DNA of 64,000 nucleotides, taken from positions 170,934,001 to 170,998,000 of the forward strand of contig OZ024741.1 in NCBI GenBank assembly GCA_964016885.1. Direction: 5' to 3'. Under the pieces are notes generated by a model. The model did not search any database, was not told the origin of the DNA, and saw only the letters and a program-made list of their open reading frames with translations. This stretch comes from Eledone cirrhosa. Lineage: Eukaryota. Shown here piece after piece: positions 40,101 to 57,080 of the stretch (position 1 is the stretch's first letter; every line of letters begins with the position of its first letter). The position numbers were made by a program, and so were the translations under genes.

Positions 40101-43100
40101 AACCACCATCACCACCACAACAACAACTACCACCACCACCATCACCATCACTACCACAATGAACACTACCACCACCACCATCACCATCACCACCACAACA
40201 ACAACTACCACCACCACCTCCATCACCACCCCAACAACAACTACCGCCACCACCATCACCACCACAACGACAAATACCACCACCATCACCATCACTACCA
40301 CAATGAACACTACCACCACCACCACCACCATCACCCCACAACAACAACTACCACCACCACCACAACAACAACTACCACCACCACCATCACCATCACCACC
40401 ACAACGAACACTACCACCACCACCATCACCATCACCACCACAACCACAACTACCACCATAACCACCATCACCATCACAACAACAACTACCACCACCAATA
40501 CCACCACCACAACAACAACAACTACCACCACCACCATCACCATCACCACCACAACGACAAATACCACCACCATCACCATCACAATCACCACCACAAAAAC
40601 AGCTACCACCGCCACCACCATCACCACCACAACAACAACTACTACTACCACCACCACCATCACCACCACAACAAAAACTCCCACCACCACCATCACCACC
40701 CCAACAACTACCGACACCACCACAACAACAACTACCACCACCACCACAACAACAACTAACACCACCACCATCGCCACCTCAACAACAAATACCACCACCA
40801 CTATCACCATCACCACCACAATAATAACTAACAACACCACGACCATCACAACAACAACTACCACCACCACTACCAGCACCACAATAACAACAACTACCAC
40901 CTCCGCCACCATCACCACGAAAACAACAACTACCACCACCACCGCCATCACCAACACAACAACTACCACCACCACCACCACCATCACCACAACAAATACT
41001 ACCACCACCACCACCACCACCATCACCACCTCAACAACAACTACCACCACTACCATCACCATCACCACCACAACAACAACTACCACCACACCACCATCAC
41101 CACCACAACAACAACTACCACCACCACCATCAACATCACCACCACAACGAACACTACCACCACTACCATCACCATCACCACCAAAACAACAACTACCACC
41201 ACCACCACAACAAAAAAAAATACCACCACCACCACCACCACCATCACCACCACAACAACAACTACCACCACCACCATCAACATCACCACCACAACAACAA
41301 CTACCACCTCCACCAACATCACCAACACAACAACAACTACCACCACCACCAATATCACCACCACAACAACAACTACCACCAACACCACCACCACAACAAC
41401 TACCACCACCACTGCCATCACCACCGCAACAAGTACCACCATCACCATCACCAAAACAACAACTACCACCACCACCACCATCACCACCACAACAAAAACT
41501 ACCACCACCTACACCACCATAACCACCACAACAACAACTACCACCACCACCATCACCACCACAACAACTAGCAGAACCACCACCACCATCACCAAAAGAA
41601 CAACAACCACCACCACCACCATCACCGCCACAGAAGCAACTACCACCACCACCACCATCTCCATCACAACAACAACTACTACCACCACCACCACCATCAC
41701 TACCACAACAATAATTACCACCACCACCACCATCACCACCACAACAGAATTACCACCATCACCGCCATCACCACCGCAACAACAACTACCACCACCACCA
41801 CTAACATCACACCACTACAACAACTACCACAACCACAATCAGCACCACAACAACAACTACCACAACCACCATCACCACCACAACAACAACTACCACCACC
41901 ACCACCACCATCACCACCACCATCACCACCACAACAACAACTACCACCACCACCATCACCACCACAACAACAACTACCACCACCACCACCACCATCAGCA
42001 CCACAACAACAACTACCACCATCACCACCATAACCACCATCACCACCACAACAACAACTACCACCACCACCATCACCATCACTACCACAATGAACACTAC
42101 CACCACCATCATCACCATCACCACCTCAACAACAACTACCACCACCACCTCCATCACCACCCCAACAACAACTACCGCCACCACCATCACCACCACAACG
42201 ACAAATACCACCACCATCACCATCACTACCACAATGAACACTACCACCACCATCACCATCACCACCACCACCACAACAACAACTACCGCCACCACCATCA
42301 CCATCACCACCACAACGAACACTACCACCACCACCATCACCATCACCACCACAACAACAACTACCACCACCACCATCACCCCACAACAACAACTACCACC
42401 ACCACCACAACAACAACTACCACCACCACCATCACCATCACCACCACAACGAACACTACCACCACCACCATCACCATCACCATCACAACAACAACTACCA
42501 CCACCAATACCACCACCACAACAACAACAACTACCACCACCACCATCACAATCACCACCACAAAAACAGCTACCACCGCCACCACCATCACCACCACAAC
42601 AACAACTACTACTACCACCACCACCATCACCACCACAACAAAAACTCCCACCACCACCATCACCACCCCAACAACTACCGTCACCACCACAACCACAACT
42701 ACCACCACCACCACAACAACAACTAACACCACCACCATCACAACCTCAACAACAAATACCACCACCACTATCACCATCACCACCACAATAATAACTAACA
42801 ACACCACCACCATCACAACAACAACTACCACCACCACTACCAGCACCACAATAACAACAACTACCACCTCCGCCACCATCACCACGACAACAACAACTAC
42901 CACCACCACCGCCATCACCAACACAACAACTACCACCACCACCACCACCATCACCACAACAAATACTACCACCACCACCACCACCACCATCACCACCTCA
43001 ACAACAACTACCACCACTACCATCACCATCACCACCACAACAACAACTACCACCACACCACCATCACCACCACAACAACAACTACCACCACCACCATCAA

Positions 43101-46100
43101 CATCACCACCACAACGAACACTACCACCACTACCATCACCATCACCACCACAACAACAACTACCACCACCACCACAACAAAAACAACTACCACCACCACC
43201 ACCACCACCATCACCACCACAACAACTACCACCACCACCATCAACATCACCACCACAACAACAACTACCACCACCACCAACATCACCAACACAACAACAA
43301 CTACCACCACCACCAATATCACCACCACAACAACAACTACCACCAACACCACCACCACAACAACTACCACCACCACTGCCATCACCACCGCAACAAGTAC
43401 CACCATCACCATCACCAAAACAACAACTACCACCACCACCATCAACATCACCACCACAACGAACACTACCACCACTACCACCACCATCACCACCACAACA
43501 ACTACCACCACCACCATCAACATCACCACAACAACAACTACCACCACCACCAACATCACCAACACAACAACAACTACCACCACCACCAATATCACCACCA
43601 CAACAACAACTACCACCAACACCACCACCACAACCACTACCACCACCACTGCCATCACCACCGCAACAAGTACCACCATCACCATCACCAAAACAACAAC
43701 TACCACCACCACCACCATCACCACCACAACAAAAAATACCACCACCTACACCACCATAACCACCACAACAACAACTACCACCACCACCATCACCACCACA
43801 ACAACTAGCAGAACCACCACCACCATCACCACCACAACAAAAACTGCCACCACCACCATCTCCACCCGAACAACTACCACCACCACCAACACCACCACAA
43901 CAACTAGCAGAACCACCACCACCATCACCAAAACACCAACTACCACCACCAACACCACCAGCACCACCACAAAAATAACTACCACCACCACCTCCATCAC
44001 CACCACAACAACAACTACCACCAACCACCATCACCACCATAACAACTACCACCACCACCACCACCATCACCACCGCAACAACAACTATCACCAACGTTAC
44101 CATCTCCACCACAACAACAACCACCACTGCCTACAGCACCACAACAACAACTTCCATCTCCACAACACCAACTACCACCACCAACACCACCATCACCACC
44201 ATAACAACTACCACCACCACCACCACCACCATCACCTCCTTAACAACAACTACCACCAACCACCATCACCACCACAACAACTACCACCACCACCACCACC
44301 ACCACCACCATCACCACCGCAACAACAACTATCTCCAACGTTACCATCTCCACCACAACAACTACCACCACCGCCTCCATCACCACAACAACAACTTCCA
44401 CCACCACCACCTCAACAACAACTATCACCACCACCATCACCACCACAACAACAACTACCACCACCACCACCATCATTACCACAACAACAACTACCACCAC
44501 CACCACCATCACCACCACAACAAGAATTACCACCACCACCAATATCACCACCACAACAACAACTACCACCACCACCACCATCATTACCACGACAACAACT
44601 ACCACCACCACCACCATCAGCACCACAACAAGAATTACCACCACCACCAACATCACCACCACAGCAACAACTACCACCACCAACATCACCACCACAGCAA
44701 CAACTACCACCACCACCATCACCACCACAACAACAACTACCACCACCACCACAACAAAAAAAAATACCACCACCACCACCACCACCATCACCACCACAAC
44801 AACAACTACCACCACCACCATCAACATCACCACCACAACAACAACTACCACCTCCACCAACATCACCAACACAACAACAACTACCACCACCACCAATATC
44901 ACCACCACAACAACAACTACCACCAACACCACCACCACAACAACTACCACCACCACTGCCATCACCACCGCAACAAGTACCACCATCACCATCACCAAAA
45001 CAACAACTACCACCACCACCACCATCACCACCACAACAAAAACTACCACCACCTACACCACCATAACCACCACAACAACAACTACCACCACCACCATCAC
45101 CACCACAACAACTAGCAGAACCACCACCACCATCACCAAAAGAACAACAACCACCACCACCACCATCACCGCCACAGAAGCAACTACCACCACCACCACC
45201 ATCTCCATCACAACAACAACTACTACCACCACCACCACCATCACTACCACAACAATAATTACCACCACCACCACCATCACCACCACAACAGAATTACCAC
45301 CATCACCGCCATCACCACCGCAACAACAACTACCACCACCACCACTAACATCACACCACTACAACAACTACCACAACCACAATCAGCACCACAACAACAA
45401 CTACCACAACCACCATCACCACCACAACAACAACTACCACCACCACCACCACCATCACCACCACCATCACCACCACAACAACAACTACCACCACCACCAT
45501 CACCACCACAACAACAACTACCACCACCACCACCACCATCAGCACCACAACAACAACTACCACCATCACCACCATAACCACCATCACCACCACAACAACA
45601 ACTACCACCACCACCATCACCATCACTACCACAATGAACACTACCACCACCATCATCACCATCACCACCTCAACAACAACTACCACCACCACCTCCATCA
45701 CCACCCCAACAACAACTACCGCCACCACCATCACCACCACAACGACAAATACCACCACCATCACCATCACTACCACAATGAACACTACCACCACCATCAC
45801 CATCACCACCACCACCACAACAACAACTACCGCCACCACCATCACCATCACCACCACAACGAACACTACCACCACCACCATCACCATCACCACCACAACA
45901 ACAACTACCACCACCACCACCACCATCACCCCACAACAACAACTACCACCACCACCACAACAACAACTACCACCACCACCATCACCATCACCACCACAAC
46001 GAACACTACCACCACCACCATCACCATCACCATCACAACAACAACTACCACCACCAATACCACCACCACAACAACAACAACTACCACCACCACCATCACT

Positions 46101-49100
46101 ATCACCACCACAAAAACAGCTACCACCGCCACCACCATCACCACCACAACAACAACTACTACTACCACCACCACCATCACCACCACAACAAAAACTCCCA
46201 CCACCACCATCACCACCCCAACAACTACCGTCACCACCACAACCACAACTACCACCACCACCACAACAACAACTAACACCACCACCATCACCACCTCAAC
46301 AACAAATACCACCACCACTATCACCATCACCACCACAATAATAACTAACAACACCACCACCATCACAACAACAACTACCACCACCACTACCAGCACCACA
46401 ATAACAACAACTACCACCTCCGCCACCATCACCACGACAACAACAACTACCACCACCACCGCCATCACCAACACAACAACTACCACCACCACCACCACCA
46501 TCACCACAACAAATACTACCACCACCACCACCACCACCATCACCACCTCAACAACAACTACCACCACTACCATCACCATCACCACCACAACAACAACTAC
46601 CACCACACCACCATCACCACCACAACAACAACTACCACCACCACCATCAACATCACCACCACAACGAACACTACCACCACTACCATCACCATCACCACCA
46701 CAACAACAACTACCACCACCACCACAACAAAAACAACTACCACCACCACCACCACCACCATCACCACCACAACAACTACCACCACCACCATCAACATCAC
46801 CACCACAACAACAACTACCACCACCACCAACATCACCAACACAACAACAACTACCACCACCACCAATATCACCACCACAACAACAACTACCACCAACACC
46901 ACCACCACAACCACTACCACCACCACTGCCATCACCACCGCAACAAGTACCACCATCACCATCACCAAAACAACAACTACCACCACCACCACCATCACCA
47001 CCACAACAAAAAATACCACCACCTACACCACCATAACCACCACAACAACAACTACCACCACCACCATCACCACCACAACAACTAGCAGAACCACCACCAC
47101 CATCACCACCACAACAAAAACTGCCACCACCACCATCTCCACCCGAACAACTACCACCACCACCAACACCACCACAACAACTAGCAGAACCACCACCACC
47201 ATCACCAAAACACCAACTACCACCACCAACACCACCAGCACCACCACAAAAATAACTACCACCACCACCTCCATCACCACCACAACAACAACTACCACCA
47301 ACCACCATCACCACCATAACAACTACCACCACCACCACCACCATCACCACCGCAACAACAACTATCACCAACGTTACCATCTCCACCACAACAACAACCA
47401 CCACTGCCTACAGCACCACAACAACAACTTCCATCTCCACAACACCAACTACCACCACCAACACCACCATCACCACCATAACAACTACCACCACCACCAC
47501 CACCACCATCACCTCCTTAACAACAACTACCACCAACCACCATCACCACCACAACAACTACCACCACCACCACCACCACCACCACCATCACCACCGCAAC
47601 AACAACTATCTCCAACGTTACCATCTCCACCACAACAACTACCACCACCGCCTCCATCACCACAACAACAACTTCCACCACCACCACCTCAACAACAACT
47701 ATCACCACCACCATCACCACCACAACAACAACTACCACCACCACCACCATCATTACCACAACAACAACTACCACCACCACCACCATCACCACCACAACAA
47801 GAATTACCACCACCACCAATATCACCACCACAACAACAACTACCACCACCACCACCATCATTACCACGACAACAACTACCACCACCACCACCATCAGCAC
47901 CACAACAAGAATTACCACCACCACCAACATCACCACCACAGCAACAACTACCACCACCACCATCACCACCACAACAACAACTACCACCTCCACCATCAGC
48001 ACCACAACAACAACTACCACCACCACCACCATCACCACCATCACCACCACACAACAATTACCACCACCACCATCACCACCACAACAACAACTACCACCAC
48101 CACCACCATCACCACCACAACAACAACTACCACCACCACCACCACCATCAGCACCACAACAACAACTACCACCACCACCACCATAACCACCATCACCACC
48201 ACAACAACAACTACCACCACCACCACCACCACCATTAGCACAACAACAACAACTACCACCACCACCATCATAACCCTATCACCACCACAACAACAACTAC
48301 CACCACCAAAACCACTATCACCACCACAACAACAACTACCACCACCATCACCACCACAACAACAACTACCACCACCACCACCATAACCACCATCACCACC
48401 ACAACAACAACTACCACCACCAAAACCACTATCACCACCACAACAACAACTACCACCACCACCACCATCACCACCACAACAACAACTACCACCACCACCA
48501 CCATCACCACCACAACAACAACTACCACCACCACCGCCATCACCACCACCACAACAACAACTACCACCACCACCACCATCACCACCACAACAATTACCAC
48601 CACCACCGCCATCACCACCACAACAACTACCACCACCACCATCACCACCAAAACTACTACCACCACCACCACCGCCATCACCACCACAACAACTACCACC
48701 ATCACCACCACAACAACAACTACCACCACCACCACCATCACCACCACAACAACTACCACCACCACCGCCATCACCACCACAACAACAAATACCACCACCA
48801 CCGCCATCACCACCACAACAACTACCACCACCACCACCATCACCACAAAAACAACAACTACCACCACCACCACCATCACTACCACAACAACTACCACCAC
48901 CACCACCACCACCACCATCACCACCACAACAACTACCACCACCACCACCATCACCAGTACAACAACTACCACCACCACCACCATCACCGCCACAACAACT
49001 ACCACTATCACCACCGCCATCACCACCACAACAACCACCACCACCACCACCGCCATCACCACCACAACTACCACCACCACCACCGCCATCACCACCACAA

Positions 49101-52100
49101 CAACTACCACCACCACCACCATAACCACCACAACAACTACCACTACCACCACCATCACCACCACAACAACTACTACCACCACCACCATCACCACCACAAC
49201 AACTACCACCACCACCACCATCATCACCACAACTACCACCAACACCACCGCTATCACCACCACAACAACAACTACTATCACCACCACCAACATCACCACC
49301 ACAACAACTACCACCACCACCGCCCCCATCACCACCACAACAACAACTACCACCACCACCACCGCCACCACCACCACAACAACAACTACTACCACCACCA
49401 CCACCATCACCACCACAAAAACTACCACCACCACCGCCGCCATCACCACCACAACAACAACTACCACCACCACCACCGCCATCACCACCACAACAACTAC
49501 CACCACCATCACCACCACAACAACTACGACCACCACCACCATCACCACCACAACACCTACCACCACCACCGCCATCACCACCACAACAACTACCGCCACC
49601 ACCACCATCACCACCACAACAACTACTACCACCACCACCATCACCACCACAACAACTACCACCACCACAGCCATCATCACCACAACAACTACCACCACCA
49701 CCACCGCCATCACCACCACAACAACAACTACTACCACCACCACCACCATCACCACCACAACAACTACCACCACCACCACCGCCAACACCACCACAACAAC
49801 TACCACCAACACCACTGCCATCACCACCACAACAACTACCACCACCACCACCATCACCACCAACAACAACTACCACCACCACCACCATCATCACCACAAC
49901 AACAACTACCACCAACCACCATCACCACCATAACAACTACCACCACCACCACCACCACCATCACCACCACAACAACTACAACCACCACCAACATCAGCAC
50001 CACAACAACAACTACCACCAACACCACCACCACCAAAACAACTACCACCACCACTGCCATCACCACCACAACAAGTACCACCATCACCATCACCAAAACA
50101 ACAACTACCACCACCACCACCGCCATCACCACCACAACAACTACCACCACCACCGCCATCACCACCACAACAACTACCACCACCACCACCATCACCACCA
50201 ACAACAACTACCACCACCACCACCGCCATCACCACCACAACAACTACCACCACCACCATCACCACCACAACAACTACCACCGCCACCACCATCACCACCA
50301 CAACAACTACCACCACCACCATCACCACCACAACAACTACCATCACCACCACCATCACCACCACAACAACAACTACCACCACCACCAACATCACCACCAC
50401 AACAACAACTACCACCAACACCACCACCACCACAACAACTACCACCACCACTGCCATCACCACCACAACAAGTACCACCATCACCATCACCAAAACAACA
50501 ACTACCACCACCACCACCGCCATCACCACCACAACAACTACCACCACCACCATCACCACCACAACAACTACCACCGCCACCACCATCACCACCACAACAA
50601 CTACCACCACCACCACCACCATCACCACGACAACTACCACCATCACCACCACCATCACCACCACAACAACTACCACCACCACCACCATCATCACCACAAC
50701 AACTACCACCACCACCACCGCCATCACCACCACAACAACTACCACCACCACCACCATCATCACCACAACAACAACTACCATCACCACCACCATCACCACC
50801 ACAACAACTACCACCACCACCACGGCCATCACCACCACAACAACAACAACTACCACCACCACCACCATCACCACCACAACAACTACCACCACCACCGCCA
50901 TCACCACCACAACAACTACGACCACCACCACTGCCATCACCACAACAACTACCACCACCACCACCACCATCACCACTACAACAACTACCACCACCACCAC
51001 CACCATCACCACCACAACAACTACCACCACCACCACCACCATCTTCACCACAACAACTACCACCACCACCACCATCACCACCACAACAACTACCACCACC
51101 ACCACCACAATCACCACCACAACAACTACCACCATCACCACCACCATCACCACCACAACAACTACCACCACCACCACCATCACCACCACAACAACTACCA
51201 CCACCACCACCGCCATCACCACCACAACAACAACTACTACCATCATACCACCATCACCACCACAACAACTACCACCACCACCACCACCATCACCACCAAA
51301 ACAGCTACCACCACCACCATCACCACCACACCAACAACTACCACCACCACCGCCATCACCACCACAACAACAACTACCCACCACCACCGCCACCATCACA
51401 ACAACAACGACTACCACCATGATCACCACCAGAACAAAAACTACCACCACCTTCACCACCATCACCACCACAACAACTACCACCACCGCCATCACCACCA
51501 CCACAACAACTACCACCACCACCACCACCATCACCACCACAACAACTACCACCACCACCACCATCACCACCACAACAACAACTACCACCACCACCGCTAT
51601 CACCACCACAACAACAACTACCCACCACCACCACCACCATCACAACAACAACAACTACCACCATGATCACCACCAGAACAAAAACTACCACCACCACCAC
51701 CACCATCACCACCACAACAACTACCACTACCAACACCACCATCACCACAACAACTACCACCACCACCACCATCACCACCACAACAACAACTACCACCACC
51801 ATCGCCATCACCACCACAACAACAACTACCCACCACCACCACCCCCATCACAACAACAACTACCACCACCACCACCGCCATCACCACCACAACAACTACC
51901 ACCACAACCACTGCCATCACCACCACAACAACTACCACCACCACCACCATCACCACCACAACAACTACCACCACCATCATCACCACAACAACAACTACCA
52001 TCACCACCACCATCACCACCACAATAACTACCACCACCACCGCCATCACCACCACAACAACTACCACCACCACCACCATCACCACGACAACAACTACCAC

Positions 52101-52958
52101 TACCACCACCATCACCACCACAACAACTACTACCACCACCACCATCACCACCACAACAACTACCATCACCACCACCATCACCACCACAACAACTACCACC
52201 ACCACCACCATCATCACCACAACAACTACCACCACCACCACCGCCATCACCACCACAACAACAACTACTACCACCACCACCACCATCACCACCACAACAA
52301 CTACCACCACCACCACCGCCATCACCACCACAACAACTACCATCACCACCACCATCACCACCACAACAACAACTACCACCACCACCAACATCACCACCAC
52401 AACAACTACAACCACCACCAACATCACCACCACAACAACAACTACCACCAACACCACCACCACCACAACAACTACCACCACCACTGCCATCACCACCACA
52501 ACAAGTACCACCATCACCATCACCAAAACAACAACTACCACCACCACCGCCATCACCACCACAACAACTACCACCACCACCATCACCACCACAACAACTA
52601 CCACCGCCACCACCATCACCACCACAACAACTACCACCACCACCACCACCATCACCACAACAACTACCACCACCACCACCACCATCACCACCACAACAAC
52701 TACCACCACCACCACCATCATCACCACAACAACAACTACCATCACCACCACCATCACCACCACAACAACTACCACCACCACCACGGCCATCACCACCACA
52801 ACAACAACTACCACCACCACCACCATCACCACCAGAACAACCCACCACCACCACCATCACCACCACAACAACTACCACCACCGCCATCACCACCACCACA
52901 ACAACTACTAACACCACCACCACCATCACCACCACAACAACTACCTCCGCCACCAACG
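37115..52958. repeat. ~15.8-kb CAC/CAA-derived minisatellite (unit ~33-36 bp, CCACCACCACCACCATCACCACCACAACAACAACTA) with higher-order duplication
   Basis: Unit visible throughout. Rare marker variants recur at 3544-bp and 3277-bp offsets. Confidence 0.95.
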
Positions 52959-53352
52959 CAACACTATCCTTCCTTACCTTTTGTGTATAAACTATTCTTT
53001 TTCCTTTTAAATTGTATTCAATTGCTTTTAATTTTTTACCTTCATTACTTTTTAATTTGATTCGAGATTCGCTTGCTCCTCGTCTTTCTCTCTCTCTCTC
53101 CCGCTCTCTCTCTTTCTCTTCCTTACACTTACACACAATCACAATACCACCCTCTCTCTCTCCCTCTTTCTCTCTCACATACACAATATCCATCTCTCTC
53201 TACCCCACCCCCCTCTCTCTCTCACACTCAGACTCACATACACAATATCCCTACCCCCTCTCTCTCTCTCTCTTTCTCTCTCACACACACATAAACACCA
53301 TCCCTCCCCCTTCTCTCTCTTTCTCTTCCTCACACTTACACACATACACAAT

Positions 53353-53416
<64 letters not shown>

Positions 53417-53631
53417 CCTTACACTCACACACATACACATTTCCACCACTATCATATGAATAGTTATGATTTTTTCTAAAAAGGCATTGTTGAGGGACAT
53501 AGCGCGTAATTCCCATCTCGCGGAGCTCTATCCTAGGACGGGATGCCCTAGGATAGAGCCCTTTAAATATTGCGTGTCCAGTCAGCCTTCAACCTTCTTA
53601 ATTAGCCACTGACATATGCATATATATATAT

Positions 53632-53663
<32 letters not shown>

Positions 53664-54000
53664 TACATGCACATATATATATACACACACACACACACAT
53701 ACATGCACACATATATACACACATACATACACGCACACATACGTACACGCGCACACGCATACGTATTAGTGATGGGGGAGGTTGGAGAGCTTTACTTTTC
53801 AAGATAGCAAACGTGAAGGTTGCGTCGTTCTTGCCTTTTTCTTCGAAGACATACCATTCCATCAATAACCTTGGTGCTTCACATTTAGAGTGAGAAGCCA
53901 CAGTAAGATGTTGTGGCTCTCTTGTCTTTCCTATGTGCTTCGGATATAGATCGGCACGCATAGACGTACAAGCACACACGGACATGTATATATTTATACA

Positions 54001-54172
54001 TATAGTAATATATATGTATAAATAAACACAGTAAATCTCGTGTCTCAAATTACGAGGGTATAAGATACCACTAATGTTTAAAAATTTTATCTTAACCATT
54101 AATGGTATCTTATACCCTCGTAATTTTAGACACGAGATTTACTGTGTTTATTTATACATATATATTACTATA
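54001..54172. repeat. Near-perfect 172-bp palindrome
   Basis: TATAGTAATATATATGTATAAATAAACACAGTAAATCTCGTGTC.. is mirrored by ..GACACGAGATTTACTGTGTTTATTTATACATATATATTACTATA. Confidence 0.93.
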
Positions 54173-54174
54173 TA

Positions 54175-54349
54175 ATTGTTTCTACTTTTGGCACTAGGCC
54201 AGCAATTACCCAGTACATTACTGGTACTTTATTTTATCGACCCCGTAAGGATGAAAAGCAAAGTTTACCTCAGTGGGATTTGAACTCAGAATGGCAAGGG
54301 CCGTAACTCTATGCGTCAAAGCATGGCGTCCGACCCTCTAACGATACTG
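54175..54349 (-). mobile_element. tRNA-derived SINE (same family as 63639-63825); extra 3' fragments at 54354-54385 and 54535-54600
   Basis: Reverse complement aligns with 63652-63825. B box GAGTTCAAATCCC. Confidence 0.85.
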
Positions 54350-55390
54350 ATATAATTGTTTCTACTTTTTGGCACAAGGCCAGCAAAAAAACGCTCACAT
54401 TTCGACCAGGTCGGATGGTCTTTATTCTCTCGTCTACGATTTCACAGAACTTATGTTCATCGATTTCAGGGACTTGACTCCTTCTTCCTCACTTTTCGTT
54501 GCATTACCATCTTTGTTTGTCTCACAAAAAAAACGATACTGATATAATTGTTTCTACTTTAGGCACAAGGCCAGCAATTGTCCAGTGCAATACTGGTAAT
54601 GCTCGGTATTTATACTTTGAGCTTGTTTTAATTGCAGGGTACCTATATGAGTTAATAACTCTATATTTTATTTGTATATTTATACATACACATAATACTC
54701 AAGACAGCAGCAATGACAACGACAACGATAAGATCAACAACGACAACTACAGGAACACCACCCCATCGCCCACACTGTCCGTGCAGTTGTAGTGATGTTA
54801 GTTCCCAGCAAATACCCGAGAGCCAGGCAGCGACAACAGTACCAACAACAAGAACACTAGTAATGAACCCGACACGACGACGACGGCAACAAAAAAGACC
54901 TAGTGGTGCCGGTCGCTGTAAATAAAATAATAGTACTAAAATATTTGTTTCTACAATTGGCACATATATGTGCATGCTTATAACAAGACACATCATTTCA
55001 TGTATGACCCATTCTATGACCCATTGTGTATCTTTATATGACTTTGTGTATATATAATCTCGCTCACATTTCGACCAGGTCGGATGGTCTTTATTCTCTC
55101 GTCTACGATTTCACAGAACTTATGTTCATCGATTTCAGGGATTTGACTCCCTCTTCCTCACTTTTCGTTGCATTACCATCTTTGTTTGTCTCACTGGTTC
55201 CCCCTATTTACGTGTCCCAACGACTTTCTTTAGCCGTTGCTCGCACCAACCAGAGGTATATCGTCTTTAAAGCGATGAAATACCAATGAAGGCTGGAAGA
55301 TCATTGATGAAGGACTAATTTTATTCATTTGTAACCCATTTGCAACCACGCAGCACGCCATTTTTTCATATACTTATATATATATATATA

Positions 55391-55775
55391 CAATATGTTG
55401 AAAAGGTAACACACTAGAGAGAGATACAGTGCGCTATCAATAAAACAGGGAAAAACCACCAGTGTATGGAATCTATAACCAATGAAAGGCAGAGTATAGA
55501 CAAGATAATTAAAAAATATAAATTAAAGCGTAAATAAATACCTCTATAACTATATAACACACGTACAAATCCAAAGTGATCTTTTTCGCCAGTAAGCTGT
55601 TGACAGAAATGAAATAACCCAGGTTCATCAGCGTGTGTATTAAATTTATATTTTTAATTATCGTGTCTATACTCTGACTTTTATAGGTTATAGATTCCAT
55701 ACACTGGTGATTTTTCCCTGTTTTATTGATAGCGCACTGTATCTCTCTCTACTGTGTTACCTTTTCAACATATTG
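55391..55775. repeat. Inverted repeat with ~135-bp arms enclosing a hammerhead
   Basis: 55391-55526 is the reverse complement of 55641-55775 with few mismatches. Confidence 0.9.
55557..55638 (-). ncRNA. Type I hammerhead ribozyme, family E, partly decayed
   Basis: ACACACG CTGATGA ACCTG..CTGGC GAAA AAGATC ACTTTG GATTTG TA CGTGTGT: 7-bp stem I, intact core, mismatches at the bases of stems II and III. Confidence 0.6.
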
Positions 55776-55858
55776 TATTTTAAAGAGCTCAGAATTTCCT
55801 CTCCGTTGAGCACATTACTTACCGGGAACGGCGAAAGTCTATGGCTCCGTTAATGTAT

Positions 55859-55922
<64 letters not shown>

Positions 55923-56715
55923 TTGTAGGCGTGCGTGGGCCTGTATGTGAATATGATGTTTTTGACGCTAACACCCCAGTGAAGGAATTTGCTCCGAAAT
56001 CAGTAGGCGTGTCCGTCGAACCTGCAGATCCAGAATCAGACAGATCCACACAATGATAGTGTCTCAAGCTGTCCGCCGGCGAAACAATTGTAACACACAA
56101 TAAATTGAGTTCAGATGCATCACTGATTTTTCGTTTTATATTATATATATATATATATATGTAATAACAACATTTGAAAATTGAGTATCTGGAAAAAAAT
56201 AACTACCAATTTGCACATAGCATGACTAGGCTGTGTAACTACTAAAGAAACATTTGTAAGCACTAAGAATAAATTACCTTTTTATGATGTCTACCTGTTT
56301 TATTATTCATTGTTTATCTACACCCTGGAATACATAAGAATCGGAAACCGAATTTCTTTAACTGTTCTTTCATAACTCGTTGAGTAACCCCTCACTGTAC
56401 GTCGACTCTATCTAGTGTAGTAATTAACCATTACTGCATTCAGGATAATTCTAAGCATTTTTTGCATAACCTAATATATATATGTATATATATGTACATA
56501 TATGTGTGTGTATATTTATGTATATATATATGTGTATATATATATGTATATATGTGTATATATATGTGTATATATATGGATATGTATGTATATATGTGTA
56601 TGCGTATATATATATATATATATGTCTGTGTGTATGTGTGTATGTGTGTATATATATATGTGTATATATGTATATATGTATATATGTGTGTGTATATATA
56701 TATATATTTAATACC

Positions 56716-56760
56716 CTGATGATTCCTCCCGAATGAAACAGTTCTAGTCCCGTAGAAGCC
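56716..56760 (+). ncRNA. Hammerhead remnant, family B (5' arm of stem I lost)
   Basis: CTGATGA TTCCTCCCGAAT GAAA CAGTTCTAGTCCCG TA GAAG. Confidence 0.45.
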
Positions 56761-56991
56761 ATTTCTATATCAAATATTTATACTCTGCTTTGCATTGAGT
56801 ACCATACTTACTGTGGTTACAACCGATTGAACGAGGGATAAACTTATATATGTGTGTGTGTGTCTGTGTATATGTGCGTATGTATGTATGTAAGTATATA
56901 TATATTTTGTGTGTGTGTGCATTTAAATGTATGTGTCTGTGTATATATGCGTGGGTATATGTATGTATGTGTGTATATGTATATATATGTG

Positions 56992-57076
<85 letters not shown>

Positions 57077-57080
<4 letters not shown>

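Noticed and set aside
53780-53960. MEWYVFEEKGKND..ILKSK as a DDE transposase fragment
   Set aside because: Too short and weak to assign.
55026-55289. VSQRLSLAVARTN resemblance to a CRE C-terminus
   Set aside because: Single short motif; the surrounding RLE motifs are absent.
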